Source of the DNA: Rebecca billardiae RCC1528
Taxonomy: Eukaryota > Protista > Haptophyta
Assembly (NCBI GenBank): GCA_965240325.2
Contig: OZ251228.1
Coordinates: 2,480,001-2,544,000, forward strand
Length of the DNA: 64,000 nt
Reading direction: 5' to 3'
Part shown: positions 1 to 10,999 of the stretch, piece by piece
Position numbering within the stretch: the stretch's first letter is position 1
Layout of the letters: the number at the start of each line of letters is the position of its first letter
Position numbers and translations under genes: made by a program
Notes under the pieces: model-generated
Seen by the model: the letters and a program-made list of their open reading frames with translations, nothing else
Databases searched by the model: none
Told to the model about the DNA's origin: nothing

Positions 1-489
1 GGGCGGACCTACGGCCCGCCATAATGTTAAAAGACCGCTGGAAAATCGCCAGGGACCCACCTAGTCCTTGCGACGGCGGCAGGTTTTGAGCTCGCCAGCT
101 CGGTAAGTCAGTGACTATGGAATGGGCTGGCAACGAATAGCTGCGCGGGTATTTTCAATAAGGCTTGCGGGTTTTAGACTCTAGATACCAACCGCCGCGA
201 AGCCAAGTTCATATTCATCAAGGCGGAGGCAAACTACGAGACGGAAAGATCGCTCGTACCGAGATAATATTGAGATGTTCGCGGCTCGGCGGCTCCTCTG
301 CCTTCGCGAAGCCTATCCCTTGCCTTGCCGTTTTTATCGGTTGGCGGTTGGCGGCAATCTCATACTTAAAATCGCGCTCGTAACGAACCGTTACACTAAT
401 GTCACGTCCAGCTGACGTCCAGATCGCACTTTACTTAAGGGAATCAGCTGGGCGCGCTTTTTTTCGGCCTAATAGACCTCTCTATGCGA

Positions 490-634
490 TCTCAAAAACT
501 CGAAACTCGGTCTCCGCCAGCCCTAAAAATCGCCCCCCGTCCCTTTTTTCTTGATCAAAGATCTTTTTGAAACGTGGTTCGGGCCCGCTGGTGCGGGCTC
601 CACGCTGCGCGCTCCGCCCTGCACCGCGGGCCAT
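490..634. mobile_element. Right end of a non-autonomous TIR (MITE-like) family
   Basis: About 145 bp nearly identical to 50921-51068, ending ...GCACCGCGGGCCAT. A diverged inverted copy starts at 51229. Confidence 0.7.
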
Positions 635-709
635 AACTACAATCACGGCGCGTTGCCAGTGATACCGTGTTACCGCGAAGCGCGCGGCGCACCTCATCTG
701 GGCCTGGCT

Positions 710-2290
710 CTATGGGCCATGCAGGCTCCTCAGCTGCGGCAGGTTGGAGGTGCCGACTGAGCTGACGACGGGCGGGCTGCTGGAGGCCGCCGCGCCGCCG
801 TAGTGCTTCACGGGGCGCTCCCACGGCGCCGTGCCGTCCGCGGCGCCATGCCCCGCCGTGCGCAGGCTGCGCGCCCGCTCCTGCGCCCCGCCTGCACGGC
901 CGCCGTGCCCCGCGCCACTGGGCGAGCTGTTCCGTGGCGGGCTCTGGCCGCGCAAGACGCGCAGCCGCGCGCGCTCGCGCAGCTCGCGCGGCGACGGCAG
1001 CGCGCCGTAGCTGATGGGCACGTCGTGCAGGGCGGGCTCGAAGGTGAGCGCGCTGGCCGTGAGCTTGGCCCTCAAGGCCTGCTTCGTCGGCATGATGGGC
1101 GGCAGCGAGCTCGAGCCGCTCGGGCTGGCCGCCGGGGCGCGCGTGTTGGATCGGCTGGGGGCGCCACCACCGCCTCCCGGCCTCGCGCCCGGCCCGCCCG
1201 CGGCCTCGCGCTGCGCCGCGCGCATCTGCTGCTGCGCGCGCCGGCGCTCGCGCGACCAGTGCGTCGCGGGGAAGCGCTCGGGCGCGTTCCTCTTCTCCGC
1301 GTGCTGCCGCCGGATCTTGGCGAGCTTCTCGCTGCGGCGCTCGTTCTCGCGGAGCGACTTGAGGTACAGCTGCCGCCGCTCGAGCGCGCTGTCCGACATG
1401 ACGGTGCGGAGCAGCCCGGAGCGCCTGTACGCGGAGGAGAGCAGCGAGAACGGGATCACCGTCTCGGGCTTGTGCCGCACCGCCGCCACCGACGTCGGGC
1501 CGGACATCGCCGCGACGAACTCCTCGAAGCTGACCTCGCCCGAGCCGTCCGCGTCGACCGCGCGCACCATCTGCTGCAGCTCGGAGCGCGGGAGCTCCAG
1601 GCCGAGCTCTCGCAGCGCGGTGAGCAGCTCGGCGGTGGAGATCGTGCCCGAGCCGTCCGCGTCCATCAGCTGGAAGCAGTCCCACAGCATGATCTGGTCG
1701 TCTTCGGACAGCTGCGTGCGCACGGTGCGGCCGGTCGAGGCCATCCACGCGCGCGCCTGCAGGTCGCGCACCTGCTCGGCCGCGGAGGAGTGGCGCGTCT
1801 TGACGCGCGAGGAGCGGCCGGAGCGGTGCGAGCGTAGGGGAGCGAGCGCCTGCTCCAGCTCCAGCGGCGGGTTTGGCAGCGGCTCGTCCTCGAGCACGTC
1901 GCCAAAGTCCAGCTCGGACACGTGCACGCGCATCATGGCATCAATGGACACGGCCTGCTCGCCCCTCGGGGGCGGGGTCGCGCCGTCTGCCGCGGGGCTG
2001 TGAGCGATCACGCCCTTGGCGACGATCGCCGGTAGCACGCTCGTACCGCCGTGCAGTAGCTTCCCATCGGCGGCGCCATCGCCCGACGACGAGGTCGGGG
2101 CATCTGCGCCGGCCGGCGCGCCGTCTGCAGCAGCGGGTGCGTCCGTGGGGTGGGCGTCGGTGTGCGCGGATGCAGCCGTGAGAGCAAGGGCTGGTAGTAC
2201 GCCCGATTCACCACTGCCGTCATCGCGCAGCTCCCCATCCAGCTCGCTGCCGTCCGTCGCGGCAGCCGGGGCGCTCCCGGGGGAGTCCAT
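710..2290 (-). CDS. EF-hand (calmodulin/centrin-like pair) calcium-binding protein with low-complexity extensions
   Basis: ORF 710..2314 (first ATG at 2290) has two EF loops, DADGSGTISTAE and DADGSGEVSFEE. Confidence 0.8.
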   Translation of the reverse strand: MDSPGSAPAAATDGSELDGELRDDGSGESGVLPALALTAASAHTDAHPTDAPAAADGAPAGADAPTSSSGDGAADGKLLHGGTSVLPAIVAKGVIAHSPAADGATPPPRGEQAVSIDAMMRVHVSELDFGDVLEDEPLPNPPLELEQALAPLRSHRSGRSSRVKTRHSSAAEQVRDLQARAWMASTGRTVRTQLSEDDQIMLWDCFQLMDADGSGTISTAELLTALRELGLELPRSELQQMVRAVDADGSGEVSFEEFVAAMSGPTSVAAVRHKPETVIPFSLLSSAYRRSGLLRTVMSDSALERRQLYLKSLRENERRSEKLAKIRRQHAEKRNAPERFPATHWSRERRRAQQQMRAAQREAAGGPGARPGGGGGAPSRSNTRAPAASPSGSSSLPPIMPTKQALRAKLTASALTFEPALHDVPISYGALPSPRELRERARLRVLRGQSPPRNSSPSGAGHGGRAGGAQERARSLRTAGHGAADGTAPWERPVKHYGGAAASSSPPVVSSVGTSNLPQLRSLHGP

Positions 2291-2436
2291 CCCGAGGCAA
2301 GGGAGCGAGCTCACTCGGCGTACAGTCTGACGCCTGGTAACCGTTTAGTTACATTAGCAGTAGTTCGGGGAACTTACAGTCAGACGCTCTGAATCGGCCC
2401 CCTCGCTCAGAGCGCTCTGAGCGAGGGGCCGATTCA

Positions 2437-4937
2437 GAGGGTTTTCCGCCCGCCCCACTGGCGAGCGCGGTGCGGGACGCACATCGCACTGGGGCGGTGC
2501 TCAGCACTGCACTCACGGCGCGCCGCGATGTGTTCGGGCGGTGGACGGGGCTGAATCGGCCGAGAGTGACGGTGCGATGGGCCGTGGTGACTCTGCCATC
2601 ACCCAGTGATCTCGTGCGGTGCCAGCTCGCCCTTCGCTTCGTCGCCACTCGCACTCGCACCAGTCGCGTGCGCCCATGGCTTGCCTTTCGCGCGCTGTGT
2701 TCCCGCGCAGTGTGTGCTTGGTAGCAGGGTGCTGGTGGCCGGTGGTTGCCGGCGCGGAGGAACGAAATGTTTGCAGCTACGCTACATCCCAGACGCCATG
2801 TGCCCGTCCTCGTCGAGCGATGGACAGACACGCGTGTCGCGCATGCGCTCGCGGAAGCAGGCTGCACGGCGGCGCGCGGGCCTGGCTGCACGCGCAGGAC
2901 AAGCTGCACCACACAGCTGCCCCCGCCATGAGCCCCAGCTGCGTACGCACACCTCTTCCGTGTTGTCTGATCCGCCAGGCCGACACCGCGCGGAGACTGC
3001 GTGAGACACCGACAGTCAGCGGCCACGGCGCACACAGGTCACTGGCACATGCGGCGGCGCGCAGCAGCTGATGCAGCCGTTGCTTCGATTGATGAAACAG
3101 CAACAGCGCCGGTGGCAGTCGCCCCATCGCTGCCGCTGGCACACCCGCACTTGCTGACATATCGCCAACAGCACTCGCAGCCCTTGCACCTCCGGCAGCT
3201 GTGGCTCGACGATCGGCTGAGCGGCGGCAATCTGAGGACACCGTCGTCCGAGCAGCCGCGCGGGAAGGTGCTTCGGGGGGTCGCTGTCGCGGGAGTCCTG
3301 CTCCAAGCAGCTGCTGCAGATGCTGCGGCTGGGACAGCAACTGTTGTGGCTCGCGTTGGCAGCTTCAACGCAGCCGTACCAGCGTTATGAGGGGAGATGA
3401 CTTGTGGATTGGGATTTTATGCAGCCTCTTTTTACATTCCGCCTTGCAGGGATTTTAATTTTAAAATAAAAATCCAGCTTGCGCAGAGTCCGAGACTTGG
3501 CGTTTGCAGAAGCTGTGCAGCAGGGCTCAACTCGTCACCGCGTACAGCGTCGGCGCTCGGAGCCTTAGGAGGACTTCGTACCCGCCGGGCGTGGTGGGCG
3601 TGTCCCGCCCGGCGCGCAGCTTAGCGCTGTACGTGGGCGAGACAGCCCCTTCCGCGTCTGGCACTTCGGCGGCGGTGCCGATGGTGGAGGCCGCTCGCCG
3701 CGCGCGCCTGACGGCAGCACCTCAAGCAGCGCTGACCCATGCGCATGCGGACGGGTGCGGCAATGGCGGTGGGTTTCGCAACATGCACAGCGTCAGACGC
3801 TCGGCACCAGGTCCGCTCAGCTGCAACAATAGCACCATCGGTGCGGCGCCTGGCGCTCAGTGGGCGGCGTGTCGGGCGGATGCAGATGCACTTGCCGTCT
3901 GAATCAGGATGCCGGGCATGCCGAAGCAGTTCGCCCCAGCGCGCGCACTCGCAGAGTGAGAACGGCCGCCCTGCCGGCCGGAGGCAAATGCACTCGCCTG
4001 GCGGCTGCCGGCGCACGGTAGGCCAGGGCAAACGTAAAGCACCCGAAAGCACCACGGCGGTGGTGACCGAGCTCACTACCACGGGCGGTGGCGCGGCCGA
4101 TGTCGCGAGCGTGAGCGCAAGCGTGGCCGTGAGCAATGCGAGCAGCGCGAGGGAGGCGTGGCGCGGTCGCGCCCGCCCTTCCGACGAGGAACGAGGGCTT
4201 TCTTGCGCGAGGGGTCCCCAACGGCAGGTAGCAGCGATGTCGCGCCATCGCTTAGCGCACCGACGTTGCCAGCCGGTCGACGTGGCCATCGCTTCCGAGA
4301 GAAAGCTGTAAGCCAGATTGCTGCCGCACGCAACCGTGTGCGCTGTGGCCGCTGACTGTTGGTGTCTCACGCACGCAGTCTCCGCACCGTGTCGGCCTGG
4401 CGGATCAGACAACACGGAAGAGGTGTGCGTACGCAGCTGGGGCTCATGGCGGGGGCAGCTGTGTGGTGCAGCTTGTCCTGCGCGTGCAGCCAGGCCCGCG
4501 CGCCGCCGTGCAGCCTGCTTCCGCGAGCGCATGCGCGACACGCGTGTCTGTCCATCGCTCGACGAGGACGGGCACATGGCGTCTGGGATGTGGCGTAGCT
4601 GCAAACATTTCGTTCCTCCGCGCCGGCAACCACCGGCCACCAGCACCCTGCTACCAAGCACACACTGCGCGGGAACACAGCGCGCGAAAGGCAAGCCATG
4701 GGCGCACGCGACTGGTGCGAGTGCGAGTGGCGACGAAGCGAAGGGCGAGCTGGCACCGCACGAGATCACTGGGTGATGGCAGAGTCACCACGGCCCATCG
4801 CACCGTCACTCTCGGCCGATTCAGCCCCGTCCACCGCCCGAACACATCGCGGCGCGCCGTGAGTGCAGTGCTGAGCACCGCCCCAGTGCGATGTGCGTCC
4901 CGACCGCGCTCGCCAGTGGGGCGGGCGGAAAACCCTC
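2437..4937. repeat. Long inverted repeat (about 600-bp arms 2437-3035 and 4336-4937, 1.3-kb spacer)
   Basis: The arms are reverse complements with few mismatches. Mirror-image ORFs appear in the six-frame track (2606..3004+ versus the start of 3621..4769-). Confidence 0.9.
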
Positions 4938-5659
4938 GAGGGAGGGCGGGCGGGAGGCGGAGGAGCGCAGCTGGTTGTCCGTGCGGCTGCTCGGCGCCAA
5001 GCGTGGCCCGTCGGCTGGGTTTGGTAGTCGGGCGGCGGTCCGGTCGGCGGTCGGGCAGGGCGAGGTGCGCCGTGCGGTCGGGCGGGAAAGCGGACGGCTG
5101 CTGGGCGAAACTCGCTCCTGTTCGCCAAAGCCGGTCACTGCCCGTCAACTCCCGGCGCGCGCTCACTTTTCTGCGGTCCGCGCCAAAAGCGAGCTGCCAC
5201 ACGCTCGGAACGCTGTCCGGGGGCGCGCTGCGAGCTCCGAGCTCCGAGCCCGTCCGGGCGGGGGTGCGGTCGGAGGGGCGCTGGAGGAGGGTATCGGGCG
5301 GCGGCGAAGCGGCGCCGGCAGTCATAACGCGATAACCGCCGCAGACTGCCAAACCCGCCACTCCCGTCGCGTCGGCCATCGCCCCATAACCGCGCGCGTC
5401 GCGCTCCGCCTTATGGCGGTCCGGTGTTTACGTTGGGCGGCTGCCTAGCTTGCCTGGGGCCGCCAGACGTCACGGGGGGCCGGGCGGCGAGACAGCGCCC
5501 GCCCACAGGGGCGCAGCGCCAGGCGCCACGCCGGCATGGGCGGCGTCGGCCGGCGCGGTCGAGGCCAGGCCCGGCCCCGACCCCCAGAGACGCTGCGCCC
5601 GGCCACGCCCCGACGCACGCCGTCAGCGCCAAGCGCGTGCCGTCGGGCGGGGCAGCTCC

Positions 5660-7229
5660 CGGGAAGTACGTGCGGGGCGCAGGCCCCGCCCACCGCCCCG
5701 CAGCGGTGATCTCGGCCGCGGGAAGCCCCAGGAACGGCCAGCGTCGCCACGGCCGAGCGTCGAACCGAGTTGGCGCCAACACACGTTGTGGGAGCCCCAG
5801 CGCCCGACACTCATCGTGCAGCCACGCCAGATACGCCGCGCGAAAGCCTCGCACGCGCGCCAACCCGCCCGGTGTCGGCCGTCGACGGCGGGCAGCACCC
5901 CGAGCTCCGCGAAGCGACGTCCAGCCAGCGTGCGTAGCCCTGAATCGCCATGCGCCCCTTGGGCCTTGGACGCGAAGGGCGAAGCGCCGAAGCCCGCTGT
6001 CCGGCTGTGGCAAACCGCCGGGCCGCCTGCGGCATGACGATCGGCGCATGATGATCGGCGCGCGCGCATGATCGGCGCATGATGATCGGCGCGCGCGCAT
6101 GATGATCGGCGCGCGCGCATGATGATCGGCGCGCGCGCATGATGATCGGCGCATGATGATCGGCGCGGGCGCATGATCGGCGCATGATCGGCGCATGATG
6201 ATCGGCGCGCGCGCGTGATCGGCGCATGATGATCGGCGCGGGCGCATGATCGGCGCATGATCGGCGCGTGATGATCGGCGCGGGCGCATGATCGGCGCAT
6301 GATCGGCGCATGATCGGCGCATGATCGGCGCATGATCGGCGCATGATGATCGGCGCGCGCGCATGATGATCGGCGCGCGCGCATGATGATCGGCGCGCGC
6401 GCATGATGATCGGCGCATGATGATCGGCGCGGGCGCATGATCGGCGCATGATCGGCGCATGATGATCGGCGCGCGCGCGTGATCGGCGCATGATGATCGG
6501 CGCGGGCGCATGATCGGCGCATGATCGGCGCGTGATGATCGGCGCGCGCGCATGATCGGCGCATGATCGGCGCATGATGATCGGCGCGGGCGCATGATCG
6601 GCGCATGATCGGCGCATGATCGGCGCATGATCGGCGCATGATCGGCGCATGATGATCGGCGCGCGCGCATGATCGGCGCATGATGATCGGCGCGGGCGCA
6701 TGATCGGCGCATGATCGGCGCATGATCGGCGCATGATGATCGGCGCGCGCGCATGATCGGCGCATGATGATCGGCGCGGGCGCATGATCGGCGCATGATC
6801 GGCGCATGATCGGCGCATGATCGGCGCATGATCGGCGCATGATGATCGGCGCGCGCGCATGATCGGCGCATGATGATCGGCGCGCGCGCATGATGATCGG
6901 CGCATGACGATCGGCGCGCGCGCATGATCGGCGCAAGATGACCGGCGCGCGCGCATGATGATCGGCGCGCGCGCATGATGATCGGCGCGCGCGCGTGATG
7001 ATCGGCGCGCGCGCATGATGCTCGGCGCATGTTGACCGGCGCGCGCGCATGATGAGCGGCGCGGACGGTGGCGCGCGGCGCCGCCACCCGCCGCCGCGGC
7101 GTCGAAGGCAGCAGCAGCGAACGCCGATGGTTCTTGGCTGGGCCAGGCGAGCATGCCGGGGGCACGCAGCAGGCGTGCACGATCGGCACTAGCAGGGTCA
7201 AGGGGCAGGTCGGCCGGCTGAGTCAGCAC
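5660..7229 (-). pseudogene. Degenerate tyrosine recombinase of the DIRS-like element
   Basis: The C-terminal YR motifs are split across frames: GANSVRRSAVATLA (HSxR box, N in place of H), then LGLPAAEITAAGRWAGPAPRTY (GRW...Y). The middle of the gene is occupied by a satellite. Confidence 0.65.
6031..7055. repeat. Complex minisatellite of GCATGATCGGC / GCATGATGATCGGC / GCGCGC units
   Basis: Directly visible tandem array of about 1 kb. Confidence 0.95.
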
Positions 7230-7273
7230 TGCTGACCCGCCCCGCTGGCTGCTGAGCGGCGGCGACCGGGCGT

Positions 7274-8995
7274 TCAGGGCAGGCCGTGCTGATCGCCGGC
7301 CGCCGCGAAGGACGCGGCGGCCTCATCCCGGAGCTCGGGCCAGTACTCGGGAAGCACCGCGCGGCCGCGGCTGATTGCGTCCGCCACCCGATTGCGCGCC
7401 CCAGGCACATGCTTGCAGAGCAGCGTGCTGGATGTCTCCGCCGCGAGCAGGGCGAGGTCTTGCAGCAGGCAGTTGAGCACCGGTCGGTGGGGCACAGACA
7501 TGCGCGACAGCCACGCCACGGATGCAGAGTTATCACACAGTAAGAGGAGGTGCACAGCGGAGCGGCCGGCGAGCCAGCGCAAGCCGGCGAGCAGGACGCA
7601 CAAGCACTCGAGCTCGTTGATGTCCCACGCCTCGCCGGCCGGCACGAAGGCGCGCAGGTCCCACGCGGCGACATGGCCCGCCGACGACGCCGCCCCACCG
7701 CGCCCCGTGGAGAGGGCGGCGTCCGTGGCCACCGCCAGCCGCTCCGAGGGTCGCACGTACAGCTGCCGCCGACACGAGCCCCGCTCGAGCAGCCGCGCGA
7801 AGAAAGCGCACTCGCGCGGCAGCAGCACCCCCAGGGGCGCCACGAGGGTGCCGGACGCAGCGAACGCATCGTGCCGCGCATAGAGGAGGTCGAGGAAGGG
7901 GCGGATGAACGGGCGAACCGCGGGCTGTATCCGAGCGATCCAGCCGAGCTTGCCGATGAGCGAGCTGAGCTCCGGGCGCGTCACGCGGCTGCCGAGCAGC
8001 GTGAGCAGCGCCGGGAACCACTTGGCGCGCTTCCGCTCGGGTAGAGACACCGAGCCCTGGACCGCGTCAATGACGACGCCAAGCAGCTCGATGTGCTGGC
8101 ATGCGGGCACGATCTTGGTCGGCTTGGCCGACGGCGGCAGACCCGCGGCGCGCAGCGTCGAGCAGTAGAGCTGGAATGCCCGATCGAGGTCCCCCCGGTG
8201 CGAGCTCCACCCGAAACCGTCATCGACAAAATTCTTGAGCTTGAAGCGCAGCTCCCCCGACCAGCGCGCCACGAACGCGTGCCGCAGCAGATCTGAGAGC
8301 CGGCAAAACAGGAACGGCGCGGACGCGGCGCCGAAGGGGAGCGAGGTGTACACGTAGTAGGCGCCCTCCCACCAAATGCAGAGCAGCCACAGATCCTCCG
8401 GGCGCACGGCGACGCGCGTGTATGCCGCGTCGATGTCCACCTTGAAGATCCAGGTGCCGGGGGTCAGATCGGCCAGGAGCTCGTCCAGCGACTCAAAGGT
8501 GAACCGCGGCGCGCGGATGTCGGCGTTCACGCCCGAGGCCGTCATGTCCACGATGAGGCGGAAGTCGTCCTCGTCCTTCGGTACGCAACCGAGCGGCGAC
8601 ACCGCCACTGGCCGCGGCAGGGGCCGGCCGCCGCGCGCCGGCCCCGCCAGCACGCCCGATGACACATACTCGGCGAGCCGCGCGCGCACAAACTCGGGCT
8701 GCGCCAGCGAGGAACGGTGGTTGGGACGGAACCGCGACACGCGCGCGCCGCGGTAGAGCAGATCGACGCCGTCACGCAGCTCCACGGACAGGTCAACGCC
8801 GGTGAAGGCATGGATGAAGGACGCCAGCGCCACGTAGTTGCGCTGCATGGCGTTGGGCACGAGACTGTGTGCGAGGTCAGCGCGCAGGCCGGTGCGCGCG
8901 ACCATCTCGGCGGAGGTGATGGGCGGGCGAGTCATAGCGAGCGGCGCGCCGCGGAACGCGGCGGGCACCGACAGGGGATCTCGTCGCGCGCCCAC
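7274..8995 (-). CDS. DIRS1-type reverse transcriptase / RNase H
   Basis: RT motifs VSPLGCVPK, FRLIVDM, FKVDIDAAY, LPFGAASAPFLF and NFVDD. RNase H motifs ATDAA, INELE, LCDNSASV and HVPGARNRVADAISR. The start is uncertain (GTG, or reinitiation/frameshift after gag). Confidence 0.92.
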   Translation of the reverse strand: MGARRDPLSVPAAFRGAPLAMTRPPITSAEMVARTGLRADLAHSLVPNAMQRNYVALASFIHAFTGVDLSVELRDGVDLLYRGARVSRFRPNHRSSLAQPEFVRARLAEYVSSGVLAGPARGGRPLPRPVAVSPLGCVPKDEDDFRLIVDMTASGVNADIRAPRFTFESLDELLADLTPGTWIFKVDIDAAYTRVAVRPEDLWLLCIWWEGAYYVYTSLPFGAASAPFLFCRLSDLLRHAFVARWSGELRFKLKNFVDDGFGWSSHRGDLDRAFQLYCSTLRAAGLPPSAKPTKIVPACQHIELLGVVIDAVQGSVSLPERKRAKWFPALLTLLGSRVTRPELSSLIGKLGWIARIQPAVRPFIRPFLDLLYARHDAFAASGTLVAPLGVLLPRECAFFARLLERGSCRRQLYVRPSERLAVATDAALSTGRGGAASSAGHVAAWDLRAFVPAGEAWDINELECLCVLLAGLRWLAGRSAVHLLLLCDNSASVAWLSRMSVPHRPVLNCLLQDLALLAAETSSTLLCKHVPGARNRVADAISRGRAVLPEYWPELRDEAAASFAAAGDQHGLP

Positions 8996-9001
8996 CGCCT
9001 C

Positions 9002-10999
9002 CTAGACGCGGCCCACGCCCGTGTGCTGCTGCACGTGCGCTGTCTCGGCGTGCGCGCCGGCCAAGTGGCCAAGGCTCCCGCACAGAGCGCACTTGGTGGC
9101 GTGCGCGAGCGTGAAGTTGTGCTGCATCTGCGCAGACGGTTGGCCGCCGGCCGACCGGTACGCGGCGAACAGCGGGCACGCCGCCGCGGAGCAGTCGCCG
9201 AATGGCTGGTGCCGTAGGCAGCCGTGCGCGCGGAAGACGCGGTGGTTGGCCTCCGAGAGCAGGGGCCGCCCGCTCGCGTCGCACACACCCCCGTACCGCG
9301 CCAGCTCGCGCGCCAGCGTCAGCGGCGGCACGCCCCCCGCAGAGGCGGCGCCCGGGAACGGTTGCGGCAGCGTCCGCGGCGGCCCGCCTGGCGGCGGGGG
9401 CGGCGGGCCGGGAGGCGGCGCCTGCGGCCCCGGCGGGTACGGCGCCGGTGTGTACGGCGCCGGCCCGGGCGCCCAGGCCGAACCCGCCGGCGGCACGTAC
9501 GTGAGCGCGAGCGGCGCGGGCCCGGGCTGCGCCCCCTGTACCGGCGGCGCCGGCGGGGCCGGCGCTGCCGCCTGCAGCCCCTGCGGGTACGGCGCCGGCG
9601 GGCACAGCGCCGGGCGGGGCGCCCAGGACGATCCTGCCGAGGGTGCGCACGTGAACGAGAGCGGCACGGGCCCGTGCGGCGCCACCTGCATCGGCGCCGA
9701 CCACGACCAGCAGCCCCACTCCGCTGCGCCGGGCGCCGCCCCGCCAAAGCCGGGCGACAGGTCCTGCACCATCAGCGACGGCGGCGGCGGCGGAATCGGC
9801 ATGCTCCCACCGTAGACGCGCATCAGCGGGCGCATGGCAAACTTGTCATGGAAGGGGTTGTCGTTCTTGTAGCAGTCGAAGAACGGCTCCCGCCCGCCAC
9901 CGATGCTCGCCACCAGCGCCGCCACGCCCGAGCGCGCGTCGAGCACCCGCCCGAGGCTCTCCGAGAATTCAGAGTGGAACTGTGCCGCCGCCCGCCAGTC
10001 GCGCGCCTCAGCGAGCTGCATCACGAAGCCCCTGTACTCGCGCAGCACCTCGGCGTCACCCGCGCGCGTGCAGAAGCCCTCGGCCTGCTCGACGAGCAGT
10101 ATGAAGTGGAGCTGGCTGAGGAGCTGGTAGGCCTCGCGCAGCTCGCCCTTCGTGTTGAAGTAGACGCTTCGATCGACCTGCGCGTGCGGCACCTCAGCCA
10201 TGTTGAAGGACTCCCAGACGACCGAACCCGCCGCGTTCGCCGGCACGCCCAAGCCGCGCCGCATGGACGAAAACGCCCCGCGAGCCGGGAAGCTCGGCCT
10301 CCCCCCCCCGGTCCCACGGAGTTGGCCGCCCGCGCCGCCCGCGAGCGCGCAAGCGTTCGCGAACTCGTGCGCGGCCCCCGCAAGGAAGCCAGCCCCACCG
10401 AAGGGGACGGGATGCGGCACGAGCGAGCTGGGCGGGGCGAGGGGCGCCGCCGCGTCCGGCGCCGGCCGGACGCCCCAGGGCGGCGGCCGCGGCGGCGGGA
10501 CAGAGGTGGGCCCCGTCGGTGCGCCGTCGGCGGGCGGCGCGCCCGAGAGGCCACCGACCGCCCCATCACCCGCACCGTTGCCGTGGACGCCGCGAAGGAA
10601 GTCAGTGAGGCTGTTCGCGAGGTCGGGTGGTAGGCCAGTCGGAATGCCCGGCTGGCCAGCGGGCGCGGCCGGGGGGGCGGGTGCCTGCGGCTGCGCAGCA
10701 GCCGCCGTCGACGCGGCGCCGGCCGCTCGCCCGGGCGCGGGCGCGGGAGCAGCCCCCGCCGTCGTCCTGGCACCGGCCGCCGGCGCGGTCGCGGGCGGCG
10801 GCTGGACCGGCAGCGGGCCGAGCTGCTGCACCGGCGCGGCAGGCGGCAGGGTACTTGCTTGGCGGCCACCCGCGCGCCCACCCCGGCCCCGACCGCGGCC
10901 CCCGCCGCCGCGCCCACGAGCGCCGAGGACCTGCTGGTTGACGACGGCCGCTGCCGCCGCGCGGCGCCGCGACACGCGTTGGACTGCAGGCACCGCCAT
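9002..10999 (-). CDS. Gag-like protein of the DIRS-like element
   Basis: ATG at 10999, just downstream of the 5' repeat. Pro/Gly-rich, with a C-terminal Cys/His cluster (CLRH..C..C ... H..KCALCGSLGH). Lies immediately upstream of the RT. Confidence 0.75.
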   Translation of the reverse strand: MAVPAVQRVSRRRAAAAAVVNQQVLGARGRGGGGRGRGRGGRAGGRQASTLPPAAPVQQLGPLPVQPPPATAPAAGARTTAGAAPAPAPGRAAGAASTAAAAQPQAPAPPAAPAGQPGIPTGLPPDLANSLTDFLRGVHGNGAGDGAVGGLSGAPPADGAPTGPTSVPPPRPPPWGVRPAPDAAAPLAPPSSLVPHPVPFGGAGFLAGAAHEFANACALAGGAGGQLRGTGGGRPSFPARGAFSSMRRGLGVPANAAGSVVWESFNMAEVPHAQVDRSVYFNTKGELREAYQLLSQLHFILLVEQAEGFCTRAGDAEVLREYRGFVMQLAEARDWRAAAQFHSEFSESLGRVLDARSGVAALVASIGGGREPFFDCYKNDNPFHDKFAMRPLMRVYGGSMPIPPPPPSLMVQDLSPGFGGAAPGAAEWGCWSWSAPMQVAPHGPVPLSFTCAPSAGSSWAPRPALCPPAPYPQGLQAAAPAPPAPPVQGAQPGPAPLALTYVPPAGSAWAPGPAPYTPAPYPPGPQAPPPGPPPPPPGGPPRTLPQPFPGAASAGGVPPLTLARELARYGGVCDASGRPLLSEANHRVFRAHGCLRHQPFGDCSAAACPLFAAYRSAGGQPSAQMQHNFTLAHATKCALCGSLGHLAGAHAETAHVQQHTGVGRV

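Noticed and set aside
555-2003. Long overlapping Arg/Ala/Pro-rich ORFs here and throughout (for example 15593-17749+, 39902-41035+, 46514-48070-)
   Set aside because: Shadow or antisense ORFs expected at very high GC. The motif-bearing frame is on another strand or frame.
5411-7229. Three long ORFs with ADHAPIMRRSC repeats as a genuine repeat protein
   Set aside because: They result from a stop-free satellite with irregular unit lengths that are not multiples of three, and all frames give the same pseudo-peptide.
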